A stretch of 64,000 nucleotides of DNA from assembly GCA_038045945.1 (NCBI GenBank), contig JBBSXC010000003.1, positions 128,001-192,000 on the forward strand, read 5' to 3'. Shown in pieces: positions 1-10,082 of the stretch. The position numbers and the translations under genes were made by a program. The notes under the pieces were generated by a model. It saw nothing but the letters and a program-made list of their open reading frames with translations, did not search any database and had not been told where the DNA came from. Position 1 is the stretch's first letter. Every line of letters starts with the position of its first letter. The stretch is from Nanobdellota archaeon. GTDB taxonomy: Archaea; Nanobdellota; Nanobdellia; Pacearchaeales; GW2011-AR1.

Positions 1-188
1 TAGCTTTCCAATATAAACCATCAACATTGTAATAAGAAAAATCTTTAATCTTTACTGTTTATACCAAAAACTTTTCTTTTAGACATAAAAGATTTAAGCA
101 AAAGACCGTTTTAAAACATTCGTATTTGTAACCACTACATAGTAACATGATAGTAAAGCTTTAAAAGGGTGGAAAGATTTCTTGGTGT

Positions 189-905
189 ATGGTAAGAAAA
201 GCAATAATAATGGGAATTAACCTAGGCAGAATGCTAGTTAACGGCATACCTGAAATGGTTACAGCATTCAAAGGCATTGATGACCCCAAAAGAGGACCAT
301 TATCTTATAAAGAAATGGTTCAGAAGTATAAAGTAAAAGAATTTTTAAAAATAGGTGATGAAGGGATAGTAGAGAGTGCAGTAAGGTATGCAATGATAGG
401 ATATAATGGAAGATGTAGTGAAAATTATGAAGGACAAATACCAAAAGAAAGGGTAGGCTACTGGATAAATAAAAGGGAAATGTTTATCTCCTCAAGAAAA
501 GCTAAAGAACAAAACGGTACTGGAAACTCCCTCGTTGAGAGACTAAGCACTAAAGAACTAAGAAATAACGGAAGGGCAGGACTGATACAGAGAGGCAGAA
601 AACCAGCAGTTGAAAGAATTGAGACAGAGTACATGACTTTCATAAAAGATAGGAAAGAAACAGAATACATGACAATTCTGGGGGAATATGATACGATATG
701 GCAATTAATAAACAACAATGATTATAAGATTAAAGAAGGAAGAACAGCTGGAAAGATAAACCCGGAAAAGGTTAGAATGAAAATTAACGAGTTATTCCAT
801 GAGGGAAAGGATGAAAGATCATACTACGGAATTAACTGCATGATTGGAAGAGTTAGAAGAAAACATAGGATAATTAAGACTAAAACACGAGCTATAGCAG
901 CCTAA
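189..905 (+). CDS. hypothetical protein, paralog of 911..1618
   Basis: 238-aa ORF with upstream AAAGCTTTAAAA TATA-like box; shares motifs with the next ORF. Confidence 0.7.
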   Translation: MVRKAIIMGINLGRMLVNGIPEMVTAFKGIDDPKRGPLSYKEMVQKYKVKEFLKIGDEGIVESAVRYAMIGYNGRCSENYEGQIPKERVGYWINKREMFISSRKAKEQNGTGNSLVERLSTKELRNNGRAGLIQRGRKPAVERIETEYMTFIKDRKETEYMTILGEYDTIWQLINNNDYKIKEGRTAGKINPEKVRMKINELFHEGKDERSYYGINCMIGRVRRKHRIIKTKTRAIAA

Positions 906-910
906 CAAAA

Positions 911-1618
911 ATGATTTTAGAACAAGTAGTGGCTATGAATTCTTGCGCCAGACTAGGAGAAAGAATACAACAAGATTTTCCTGAAATAGCTGAAATGTAT
1001 AGGTCAGGAATAACAGCGGAGTTTATAGCTAGAACAATAATAATGCCGCATTATGGAGTATCAGAAGATTATGCCAGAGTAGGAACTCAAAGAGCACTAG
1101 GAGGATTCAAAGGAAGTAAGGATGTTAAAACATACTACGGACTAATACCAAAATTCGAAATGAGAGAGCTAGAAAAAGCTCACAAAAGTGATTCTGGAAA
1201 AAGAGTAGTAGGAGAAAGAATGAGAGAAAAAGTTAACATGACACAAACATTAACAAACGAAGAATTAGTAAGGCTTGGAAGAATTGGAGGAACAAAATCA
1301 TTATCAGAAGGACTAGGAATACATGATCAATCAAGAATTAAAGAATACATTGAAGCAAAAGGGCAAGCAAGGTGGACAGAAGAAGAAAAAATGTACGCTT
1401 TAGAAAGATATGAAGATGAAAGGTATAAAAAAACAATAATAGGGCACAAAAGGGCAACTGATTTAGATGAAGTGACAAAAGTCGTAAACTACGTTTTTAG
1501 AGGAGAAAGAACGAAGGCAACAGTAGCAACGGTTGTAACAAGATACAAAAAAGAGAGAAAGAAGTTGTTAGGAGAAATATCAAGACTAGTAAGTAGCATA
1601 ATTAACGTAACTACCTAG
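911..1618 (+). CDS. hypothetical protein, paralog of 189..905
   Basis: 235-aa ORF 5 nt after the previous stop; FPEIAEMY, ALGGF, YYGLIPK, LTNEEL..GR motifs echo the upstream ORF. Confidence 0.7.
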   Translation: MILEQVVAMNSCARLGERIQQDFPEIAEMYRSGITAEFIARTIIMPHYGVSEDYARVGTQRALGGFKGSKDVKTYYGLIPKFEMRELEKAHKSDSGKRVVGERMREKVNMTQTLTNEELVRLGRIGGTKSLSEGLGIHDQSRIKEYIEAKGQARWTEEEKMYALERYEDERYKKTIIGHKRATDLDEVTKVVNYVFRGERTKATVATVVTRYKKERKKLLGEISRLVSSIINVTT

Positions 1619-1664
1619 TAATAACAAACAAAAGCTTTAAATATAGCCTAGTGTTATAATAATT

Positions 1665-2609
1665 ATGGGATTTTTTGCGACTCTAGCAGGTAAAGTAAGC
1701 AATGCTGTTAATTCAATAAAAGGATCACCGAATACCAATAATAGGATTAGAGATAAACTTGATTCTAACACTGTAGCGACTAATTCAAAATCTTATAATA
1801 GAAGTCCCAAACCTCAAGACCCAAGATTTTATGCTAAAACAATTGATTATAGTAGCAAGATTGATTACAAAACCACTAATACTTTCCCTTATAAAGAATT
1901 AGACAATGGACAAGTAGAAGTTAGAATAAAGCCCTCAGTAAACTTGAATGACCACAAACCAGGTTATGACTTATTCAATAACAGGGTTGACGCTCTAGAA
2001 AGTATTGTTGAAAAAGACGAAGTAGAAGGAATAAGAAGAATTGAAAGAGCTTATGAAGAAATTACCTCTTTAAGCAATATGACGAATTATGATGGAGTTT
2101 CAAGCAGAATTGACCATCAAGTATCAAGAATGCAGGAAGCTAGAAGGAGAATAAACAAAATATTATCTACCGGGGACATAAAAGATGGAATGATTGTTCG
2201 TTACGATAGCAACAGCAAAAAACTTATCTATTTTAATGTTCAAGTATTATCAGAACTTGCAGACTCATTAAATAACAAAATTAACGAATTCAAATGTTAC
2301 GAAGAAAGAACTAATAAAGTTAAAAGATTCTTATTAAATAAAACTCGCGAAAATTATGGCGAGAGAATAGAATTACCAAACCCTGACTCCCAAGAAATTG
2401 TTGGAGAAACCCCCCTTTCAAGAGTAAGTTCCTATTTTAAGCTAATGAGCAGAATAAACAAAAAATTATTAGAATCAGGAAATGCATCAAAAATGGGAAA
2501 ACAAGAAACTTTCCTAGAAGATAGAGCAAGATATCTAGAAATTGAAAGGAATTACCCAGAATTAGCTGCAAAAAAACTAACTTTTAATTTTTTCACCCAA
2601 GAATCTTAA
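1665..2609 (+). CDS. hypothetical protein
   Basis: 314-aa ORF with upstream AAAGCTTTAAATA; 3' end overlaps the convergent MutS-like gene by 33 nt. Confidence 0.65.
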   Translation: MGFFATLAGKVSNAVNSIKGSPNTNNRIRDKLDSNTVATNSKSYNRSPKPQDPRFYAKTIDYSSKIDYKTTNTFPYKELDNGQVEVRIKPSVNLNDHKPGYDLFNNRVDALESIVEKDEVEGIRRIERAYEEITSLSNMTNYDGVSSRIDHQVSRMQEARRRINKILSTGDIKDGMIVRYDSNSKKLIYFNVQVLSELADSLNNKINEFKCYEERTNKVKRFLLNKTRENYGERIELPNPDSQEIVGETPLSRVSSYFKLMSRINKKLLESGNASKMGKQETFLEDRARYLEIERNYPELAAKKLTFNFFTQES

Positions 2610-4310
2610 GTAGTCGTTATTGTTACCCCTAGCCATCTTCTCAATTATTAATTCTGGTGTTGAACGAGCAAGCCTCCCAATTACAGGATTATGATCGACG
2701 ATTAACTCATTATCAGCTGACAACCCTTTAGCTTCAATACCATCAATACGACTAAAAGGAGGGAGATGATCTTTAATTTCTTGACCAAGATGAGTAGCAA
2801 CTATCATAAAACATCCTTTCTTAATAAAGAATTCTGCAGTAGCACAAATAAGTCTGCTCGCAACTCCTGGTTCAGTAACGGCCTCTATTTCATCAGCAAG
2901 AATTAAAGTTTTATTATTTGATGTCTTAATATCAGACATTTGAGTTAGTAAAGTCTCAAAAGCACCCTTAGTCATACTACCTTTATTCTTAGCAAAATAA
3001 TAAATTTCTGAGAATAACGGAGCCTGGAAACCCCCACGCATAGGAAGACCAAGATTCATTATTGATATTGCTTGAATTAAGTGCTCAATAAGGGTTGTTT
3101 TACCACCAGAATTAGCACCAGTTAGTATTGAGCAACGCGAAGCATTATCCAAATAAAAATTTATCGGTTGAGGCTTCTCTAAGAAAAGGTTTTCTAAATT
3201 ATTAAAATGAATTTTTTCTGAGATAGAAGGATGATGATCATTATTCCTAATCATTTGTTTAATCCCAGAAAAAAAGTCGAATAATAATAACTCTTGCGAA
3301 AGTTGAGACAAAAGACTTGGAATAGCTCTTAATAATTCGCTGTGGAGCTTAACCTTTTCAGCAATACTTGTAAACTCATCAGAATCCTGACTTTTAACAA
3401 ACCTTTCAAATTCCGAATCATCTAAACGTACAGGAATACTAACTTTTAACAAGTGAGTAGGTATACCAGAATTAGAAATTTCTGACTCAATAATATCTAA
3501 TACTTCCTTAGGAATCTTGCCTTGAGAAAGCATTGAAAAAACTGATGCTCCTGAAAGATTCATAAGTTCAAGCCGCATAGAAATACCTTCATTAATCCTC
3601 TCTAAAGCAGAATCAACATCATTTAAGGATATTTTCTTAACAACATCAGATTTAAGTAACTGGAGAGCTGGGGAAAGTTTAGAAACAATATTAAGAATTC
3701 TTTCATTAATAATTCCAGAACTATTAATAACATCAATATTAGCAGACCATGAGGACAAAAGTTCCAAATACCTTTCTAAGTATGCGTCATCACTAGAGGA
3801 CAAAAATACGCTTTGGGGAAGACGTTCTAAAGAAGAACTAAAATTATCACAATCAACAACTTGCACTAAATCATAACTTTCAAGACTCATCAAATCATTA
3901 TCAGTTAACAATAATTGTGCAGGACAATCAGCCTTAGTAAGATTAAGATAAGTCTTCTCATCCTCAGTAGCCACTACAACACCATACTTGGGCTTCCACC
4001 AAGACTTTGGCTTCTTTAAAGACTTTAAAAAAGAATTATTATTAACATCCTTAGATAAAGAAAGGTGGAAAAATTCTTGCCTCCTAAGAATCTCCTTAGG
4101 ATCATCAGTTAAGGGGAAAGCATGCCATAAATCATCAGTTGATGGAAGAACAAATTTTTCGCTAACAGCCCTAATAGTTCTTTGGTGAACTAACTTTGCA
4201 TCTTTAGTTATGAACAAATTCTTTGATTCAGGCTTTATTACAGTTCCCGCCGCTTTATCAAAAGGAGTAATTTTGTTATCAATAATAATCTTAGTCAACT
4301 CTTTAATCAT
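2577..4310 (-). CDS. MutS-family (domain V ATPase) protein, archaeal MutS2/MutS5-like
   Basis: LTGANSGGKTT Walker A, GAFET, LILADEIEAVTEPG, VATHLG; likely start MIKELTK at 4310. Confidence 0.85.
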   Translation of the reverse strand: MIKELTKIIIDNKITPFDKAAGTVIKPESKNLFITKDAKLVHQRTIRAVSEKFVLPSTDDLWHAFPLTDDPKEILRRQEFFHLSLSKDVNNNSFLKSLKKPKSWWKPKYGVVVATEDEKTYLNLTKADCPAQLLLTDNDLMSLESYDLVQVVDCDNFSSSLERLPQSVFLSSSDDAYLERYLELLSSWSANIDVINSSGIINERILNIVSKLSPALQLLKSDVVKKISLNDVDSALERINEGISMRLELMNLSGASVFSMLSQGKIPKEVLDIIESEISNSGIPTHLLKVSIPVRLDDSEFERFVKSQDSDEFTSIAEKVKLHSELLRAIPSLLSQLSQELLLFDFFSGIKQMIRNNDHHPSISEKIHFNNLENLFLEKPQPINFYLDNASRCSILTGANSGGKTTLIEHLIQAISIMNLGLPMRGGFQAPLFSEIYYFAKNKGSMTKGAFETLLTQMSDIKTSNNKTLILADEIEAVTEPGVASRLICATAEFFIKKGCFMIVATHLGQEIKDHLPPFSRIDGIEAKGLSADNELIVDHNPVIGRLARSTPELIIEKMARGNNNDYLRFLGEKIKS

Positions 4311-4417
4311 AATTGGATAACCATTACTCACGTTTAAGAACTTTATTGGGGTCAACCCTCATAAACATATAATCTAAGCTAATAGATTTTAAATAGACAG
4401 AAAATTCTTTGTTAATC

Positions 4418-4699
4418 ATGAGTTTTAGAGAAAACGTAAGAAAAGGAATAAGCGCTTTAGGCCTTGCAGGGATAGTTGGAGGATTAGGAGGAATAGCTTA
4501 CGCAGGACTAGTTGGAGAAGTAAAATCAAACATTTTAGCTTATAGCGACTCACAAACAGTTACTTCTGAGGATATAGAATCAATACAGAGTAAGTACAAG
4601 TGTAGAAATATGAGCGGATTAACAGTACTAGCAGGAATAGGATTATTATACGCTGCTAATCGTAAGAGAAGAGATGATGACGATGACGAACCAAAATAA
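4418..4699 (+). CDS. small two-TM membrane protein
   Basis: two Gly-rich hydrophobic segments; TATA TTTTAAATA upstream. Confidence 0.6.
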   Translation: MSFRENVRKGISALGLAGIVGGLGGIAYAGLVGEVKSNILAYSDSQTVTSEDIESIQSKYKCRNMSGLTVLAGIGLLYAANRKRRDDDDDEPK

Positions 4700-4705
4700 A
4701 ATGTT

Positions 4706-6082
4706 TTATACTTCTTTACTTCTTTCTAACAAATCAATAGGGTAAACCCCATCAAAACACGATAAACTAAGCTTTTCTCTTGGTAAACCAACACCTTTTA
4801 CTAATCCTTCAATTGATAAATAATTAAGACTCGTAGCACCCAAAAACTGCCTTATTTCCTCAACACTTTTAGAAGAAGCAACTAATTGATCTTTTTTAGG
4901 AGTATCAATACCATAAAAGTCAGGAAAACGAACAGGAGGTGAAGAAACTAAGAAGTGTACTTCAACAGCACCAGCATCAAACAACGCCTTAACTATCTGA
5001 GCTGAAGTAGTACCCCTAACAATTGAGTCATCAACAACAGCAACTCTCTTACCCTTAATAATAGAAGTTAAAGGATTAAGTTTAAGCTTAACCCCCAACT
5101 GCCTAGAACGAGAATCAGGCTCAATAAATGTTCTGTGAATATAACGATTCTTAACAAGAGCCATTTCTAAAGGAATACCACTAATAGCAGAATAACCAAC
5201 AGCCACAGGAATAGCAGTTTCAGGCACAGGAATAATAATATCAACGTTTAAAGGGCTCTCAACAGCTAATATTTCACCAAACTTCCTACGAACATCATAA
5301 ACAGGCCTGCCAAGAATTATACTATCAGGCCTAGAAAAATAAACGAATTCGAAAACATCAAACTTTTGGTCAGGATCAGCAAGTTGAACGCAGCGCACAC
5401 CACTAGAATTAATAATAATCATTTCACCAGGCCTAACCTCACGAATAAATTCTGCACCGATAGTGTTAAAGGCACAAGTTTCAGAAGCAACAACATATCC
5501 ACCATCAATCTTACCAAGAGCTAAAGGCCTAATACCGCAATGATCCTTAAAAGCAACAAGAGTATCCTTAGACATAGCAACAACTGAGAAAGCACCAGTA
5601 AACAAAGGATAAGCCTCCATAACAGCCTCACCAATACTACGACCCTGCTCCATAAAATAACCAACAGCATCAGTCATCATCTGCGAATCATTCCTGCTAG
5701 AAACATCAATATCTTTACTTGACAAAAAACTTTGCAAAGCCATAACAGAAGGAAGATTACCATTATGAGACAAAGCAAGTCTCCCATCACGAGAAATAAT
5801 AGGAGAAGCATGATTAATACCAGTACCACCAAAAGTCGAGTAACGATTATGACCAACAGAAATATGACCTTTAAGAGAAGAAATATCACTTTCAGAATAA
5901 GCCTGAGTTACCAGGCCAACATTTTTGAAACAATCAATTTTCCAACCGTTGGATACAGCAATACCGCTAGACTCCTGACCCCTATGCTGTAAAGCAAAAA
6001 GACCATAAAAAGAGAGTCTGCTAACGTCTAAACCCTTACCAAAAATACCAATAACACCACACTTTTCATTAAGTTCATCCAT
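4706..6082 (-). CDS. purF: amidophosphoribosyltransferase
   Basis: propeptide + CGVIG, LQHRGQESSG, GHNRYST, HNGNL, VVDDSIVRGTT; start MDELNEKC at 6082. Confidence 0.96.
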   Translation of the reverse strand: MDELNEKCGVIGIFGKGLDVSRLSFYGLFALQHRGQESSGIAVSNGWKIDCFKNVGLVTQAYSESDISSLKGHISVGHNRYSTFGGTGINHASPIISRDGRLALSHNGNLPSVMALQSFLSSKDIDVSSRNDSQMMTDAVGYFMEQGRSIGEAVMEAYPLFTGAFSVVAMSKDTLVAFKDHCGIRPLALGKIDGGYVVASETCAFNTIGAEFIREVRPGEMIIINSSGVRCVQLADPDQKFDVFEFVYFSRPDSIILGRPVYDVRRKFGEILAVESPLNVDIIIPVPETAIPVAVGYSAISGIPLEMALVKNRYIHRTFIEPDSRSRQLGVKLKLNPLTSIIKGKRVAVVDDSIVRGTTSAQIVKALFDAGAVEVHFLVSSPPVRFPDFYGIDTPKKDQLVASSKSVEEIRQFLGATSLNYLSIEGLVKGVGLPREKLSLSCFDGVYPIDLLERSKEV

Positions 6083-6180
6083 AAAAATCACCCTTGAAAA
6101 AATATCAACATTACAGTATTTAAGGATTATAGTGATTAAGCCATAATAAGACTTATTAACACACAAAAATTAGCAAGGTA

Positions 6181-6423
6181 ATGGGTGAAGTAATAAGATC
6201 AACAAAGTTTATGGCGGACATAATAAACACAGGAACAATAAAGAATTATCAACAAGAAAAACCATTTCTGCCAGAAAAAGATGAATTTCTAGAAAGAAAC
6301 ATTACATTAGGAAATGAAGAACTAATAGAAAAGAAAAAAAGAGACAGAAGAAACGCATTAGCAGTAGCATTGATAGTAGTATTATCAATAATCATAGTAA
6401 TGTTCGGATTATTCACAGCATAA
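6181..6423 (+). CDS. small protein with C-terminal TM anchor
   Basis: 80-aa ORF ending in basic patch + hydrophobic helix. Confidence 0.6.
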   Translation: MGEVIRSTKFMADIINTGTIKNYQQEKPFLPEKDEFLERNITLGNEELIEKKKRDRRNALAVALIVVLSIIIVMFGLFTA

Positions 6424-6434
6424 AAAAATTTCTT

Positions 6435-7172
6435 TTAGTGAGAATGAGCATGAGATCTACTCCTCAAACCCACAGAAGCACTCTTATAACGAGAAGAAAC
6501 AACATTATTAAGTAAAGCAATAGCAACAGAGCGATCAGAAGAAGAACTTGAAGAATCACAACTAATAAATAATGCTTCATCACCAGAAGGAATTTTAAGA
6601 TAAGAAGGAGAAACCCTACCATTAGGACCAACCTCACCCTTAAACATAGCAGTTAAGTAATAAGGACCATCCTGACAATAAAAATCAGATAATAACCTAA
6701 CACCACTAGGCTTAGCAACAGCATTAACCAAAGCATTAGACTCAAAATCAGAACTCTTCTTATCAAAAGAAACAGGAAAAGAGTAGGATAAAGACCTAAC
6801 CTTTCCCAAATTTTCATTCCAAGTAATACCATTAGCATCAGGATGACAACCACTAAGAAAAAAATCACAAGTATTCTGACAAATAGAAAGTTTACCATCA
6901 GCATCAGTTTCAGGACTATCCCAAACGTAAACCTTATCAGGAGTCCAAAGAACACCAGTGTTAGAAAGAAAACGGTGATGAGTCATAGAAAGAAGTGCCG
7001 AAGCACCACTAGAATGAGACTCTTCACAAAGAGCAAGAACTTCCACAAGACCAGAAAAATCAACCATTCTAAGACCATCCTTATAGATTTCACTTCTAAA
7101 ATGGTCAAAACTATCATGACCGTGATAAACCCTAAAACGAGCCTTACTAACCTCGCACTCATAACTATCCAT
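6435..7172 (-). CDS. hypothetical protein
   Basis: 245-aa ORF with the T-ending codon pattern of other minus-strand genes. Confidence 0.65.
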   Translation of the reverse strand: MDSYECEVSKARFRVYHGHDSFDHFRSEIYKDGLRMVDFSGLVEVLALCEESHSSGASALLSMTHHRFLSNTGVLWTPDKVYVWDSPETDADGKLSICQNTCDFFLSGCHPDANGITWNENLGKVRSLSYSFPVSFDKKSSDFESNALVNAVAKPSGVRLLSDFYCQDGPYYLTAMFKGEVGPNGRVSPSYLKIPSGDEALFISCDSSSSSSDRSVAIALLNNVVSSRYKSASVGLRSRSHAHSH

Positions 7173-7280
7173 AAAAAGTTTATATTTTATCCCTATATAA
7201 AACTAACAAAAACATATAATTGTATCTGCACAGTAGTAACAAATAGCAAGCTTTATATAGGCTCAAACCCTTGTCCGAGC

Positions 7281-7823
7281 ATGGATGAACACCATACAAA
7301 CACTGATGAAAAGGAGTGGAGAGAATATGCCAATAGAGAATTTGCAGATGAGAACGGGAAATTCTCAATACATAAACTTTTATTAAGTTTTGCTAAAGAA
7401 GACCAAGCAGTTTTAGATGTAACTAGAAGACTAGATGAGCTAACTGCACAAGTCGAGCAACACCCAAAATGTAAGAGGCCATATGAGGACTTATGGAGAC
7501 TTGTTACAGACAATGCTCATAGAATGACAGATAAAGAAGAAGTAAAAGGAGATTTAGGAAGAGTCGTTAGAGGAAGATTTGGAACAAGCTATAGAACATC
7601 AATAGAAAGTGGGAGAGTCTTAGTACCAAGTTTTATGCCAATAATCTCCCTAGGAATGTCTAATATAGTCCAAATTGAAAAGGGAGTTAGACCAGTAAAG
7701 GACACTTATAGAGGAGTAATCATAAGGAGAATTACTTCAGGATTAGCAAAAGGAAAATTAGAAGGAATGCCATTCTACTATCAAGACTCTAAACTAGTAG
7801 AAGAACCAGGTTACTCAGACTAA
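7281..7823 (+). CDS. hypothetical protein
   Basis: start MDEHH at 7281 lies about 25 nt after GCTTTATATA; the longer 6843 start is a shadow over 6435..7172. Confidence 0.65.
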   Translation: MDEHHTNTDEKEWREYANREFADENGKFSIHKLLLSFAKEDQAVLDVTRRLDELTAQVEQHPKCKRPYEDLWRLVTDNAHRMTDKEEVKGDLGRVVRGRFGTSYRTSIESGRVLVPSFMPIISLGMSNIVQIEKGVRPVKDTYRGVIIRRITSGLAKGKLEGMPFYYQDSKLVEEPGYSD

Positions 7824-7843
7824 GATTCTTATCAAAATACAAA

Positions 7844-8218
7844 ATGCCAAATAAAGATAAAAACGGCAATGAGAAAAGAAGATTATTTTTTAGAGCAAAT
7901 AAGAATTTTGATGCAGGACTTAAAGAAGTTTTAGCCAAAAGATCAGACTCAGAAGATGATGCTAAAATAATAATTCTTACTAGAAAACTAGAAGGAGAAA
8001 AATCTAGAAAAATTCTTTATGATTTAGGAATATCCCACAGCTTAAGGGGATTAAATGGAGACTACGAAAAGGCAAAAACTTACCTTAATAGAGCTTTAGA
8101 GTTAGAAGAAAGTGAAAAGGACAAGGAAGAAGGATTAAGCGACATGGAGATATATGGAGGATTAAGAATGATAGTAACCCTTGAAGAGCAAAGAAAGGCG
8201 AAAGGAGCAAAACAATAA
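7844..8218 (+). CDS. TPR-like helical protein
   Basis: LYDLG...GDYEKAKTYLNRALEL TPR-like pattern. Confidence 0.55.
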   Translation: MPNKDKNGNEKRRLFFRANKNFDAGLKEVLAKRSDSEDDAKIIILTRKLEGEKSRKILYDLGISHSLRGLNGDYEKAKTYLNRALELEESEKDKEEGLSDMEIYGGLRMIVTLEEQRKAKGAKQ

Positions 8219-8273
8219 GTTTATATATTTCCTTACTATTAGTCATTTTATCAAAAGGTGTGATGATTAATTA

Positions 8274-8582
8274 ATGACTATTGATCCAACTCTTTTTAGA
8301 GAACTCTTACTGCCAGCTATTCTTGGAGGAGTTGGTGGACTTACTCGAGGACTTATAGGACTTCTAAAAGCCTTATCACTAAGGAGGAGAATAATTTGGA
8401 ATTATTACGCAATAACAGTAATAGTTGCAGCAATTATTGGAGTATTTATCGGAGTAGTATTCAATTTTGATTATCGCCTAAGCTTACTAGCAGGATACGC
8501 AGGAACAGACGTACTAGAAGGAATTTATAAGAGCTTCCAAGTCCAGAAAATATATGTTAGCAGCTCTAAGGGAAGAAAATGA
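8274..8582 (+). CDS. three-TM membrane protein with AGYAG motif
   Basis: three hydrophobic helices, LGGVGG and LAGYAG; upstream AAGGTG RBS-like. Confidence 0.7.
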   Translation: MTIDPTLFRELLLPAILGGVGGLTRGLIGLLKALSLRRRIIWNYYAITVIVAAIIGVFIGVVFNFDYRLSLLAGYAGTDVLEGIYKSFQVQKIYVSSSKGRK

Positions 8583-8797
8583 CGAAACTATACTTAGAAA
8601 TTGACACAAAACTATACAACGACCTAAAAAACAGAGCTAAAAAGAATTATTTAGAAGTAGAAAAATTATCAGAGGACATCATTAGAAGAAGCATGATAAC
8701 CTACAAGAAAAACTCTATTTCTCAAACAGACAAAAAAGTTGATGATTCATTAGTAAACATTTTCTCAAGACAAAACAAAGGAAGAAAGAGAAAATAA
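8579..8797 (+). CDS. ribbon-helix-helix-like DNA-binding protein
   Basis: beta-strand KLYLEID then LKNRAKKN..VEKLSEDIIRRS; ATGA overlap with upstream gene. Confidence 0.6.
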   Translation: MTKLYLEIDTKLYNDLKNRAKKNYLEVEKLSEDIIRRSMITYKKNSISQTDKKVDDSLVNIFSRQNKGRKRK

Positions 8798-8799
8798 GT

Positions 8800-9285
8800 T
8801 TAGTACCCTTTAGGAGGAAGCTGTTTTTTGCCCAAATAACTAAAGTTTAAGTCTCTCAATTGAGACATAATGTTCTCAACCTCAATCTTAACAACTTCGG
8901 GATCAAGGCCCTTATTCTTAATTATTACAAAGACATCTTCTTTGACCTTATCAAAATCGTTATTGTACTTTTGGTTAATATCTTTCCAAGGAATTCCCTT
9001 TAGAGCCTCACAAACCCCTTTATCATAATTGACCATACCCAGATTCATGAGTAAAGCTATTGCTGGATAACTCAAATAACCTTTATAGTAAGCCGTATTA
9101 TCATTAGACATAATACTCATGCTTAACTTATCAAAAGAAACATCATAATACTTGTTCCTAGATGAAGAATAAACCTTAGCTCTAATAATCCCTGAATCAT
9201 CAGTACCAGTAACTTCTAACCTACCATCAGCTAAGCAACCTAAAGCCTCATAAACCTGTTTTTTAGGAGGAGTATTCCAAAACAT
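8800..9285 (-). CDS. conserved hypothetical protein
   Basis: 161 aa with VYEALG, SSS.NKYY, SNDN, YPAIALL, IPWKDIN motifs typical of a conserved family. Confidence 0.75.
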   Translation of the reverse strand: MFWNTPPKKQVYEALGCLADGRLEVTGTDDSGIIRAKVYSSSRNKYYDVSFDKLSMSIMSNDNTAYYKGYLSYPAIALLMNLGMVNYDKGVCEALKGIPWKDINQKYNNDFDKVKEDVFVIIKNKGLDPEVVKIEVENIMSQLRDLNFSYLGKKQLPPKGY

Positions 9286-9335
9286 AAAGAAATAATACTA
9301 CACATCTTAATAAATCCTTTATTCTAGAGTAAAAT

Positions 9336-9551
9336 ATGATAAAAGTAGACGATGATGAAGAGTGCGCGTACGGAGATTTTTACACATTAGTAAGACACCT
9401 AGACGGGGAAGAATTAGAGGATTATACTAATGATGAAGAAAACTCTCACTATGAAGAGTTACAAGCAATACTGGCAAAATATCCTCAATTCATAGATAAA
9501 TATAAGAAAGAAGACATAAAATTTAGAGAATCAATAAAAGACATAAAATAG
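9336..9551 (+). CDS. small acidic hypothetical protein
   Basis: 71-aa ORF with host-like codon use. Confidence 0.5.
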   Translation: MIKVDDDEECAYGDFYTLVRHLDGEELEDYTNDEENSHYEELQAILAKYPQFIDKYKKEDIKFRESIKDIK

Positions 9552-9625
9552 AAGTTATTCCTTTGTAACACATTCTCTTTTAGTCTACAATAATGCTTAT
9601 AAAATAGTATTTCTAAAAAAAGGTA

Positions 9626-10039
9626 ATGGATCACACAAGAACACACGACCCACAAGAGAGATATAGTTTCCAAGGCATGAGAGAGGGAAATTCCCCACCA
9701 GGACACGAAAGACACTATGATGACTCAGTCAGAAGTAATACTTCATCACACGGAGGCCACAGCATGAGAGTAACACTAGCCGACAAAATAGTTGCCGGAG
9801 GATCAGACTTTTATTGTCCTAGAGTAAAACGTAATGGAACATGGTATAGAAGACCAAAAAGTTCACAGTTAAGAAGAGATCATGAAAGCACGCTGCGAGG
9901 CCAAGAAAAGTCAGGAAACTTAAATGTTTACCAAGCCTTAAACATAATCGGCTATACAGGTTGGAAACCAAGTAAGCGTAAAGTTAAAGGAAACACAGAT
10001 GAGGATCAAGAAATGTCCGCACACCAACCTCTGTACTAA
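9626..10039 (+). CDS. hypothetical protein
   Basis: 137-aa ORF after a GCTTATAAAA box. Confidence 0.5.
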   Translation: MDHTRTHDPQERYSFQGMREGNSPPGHERHYDDSVRSNTSSHGGHSMRVTLADKIVAGGSDFYCPRVKRNGTWYRRPKSSQLRRDHESTLRGQEKSGNLNVYQALNIIGYTGWKPSKRKVKGNTDEDQEMSAHQPLY

Positions 10040-10082
10040 ATCCCTTCATAATCCTTTTAAACGCTGTTAATAGTCTTATTTT

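Noticed and set aside
6843-7280. N-terminal extension of ORF 6843..7823
   Set aside because: Overlaps a minus-strand gene; a TATA box points to the ATG at 7281.
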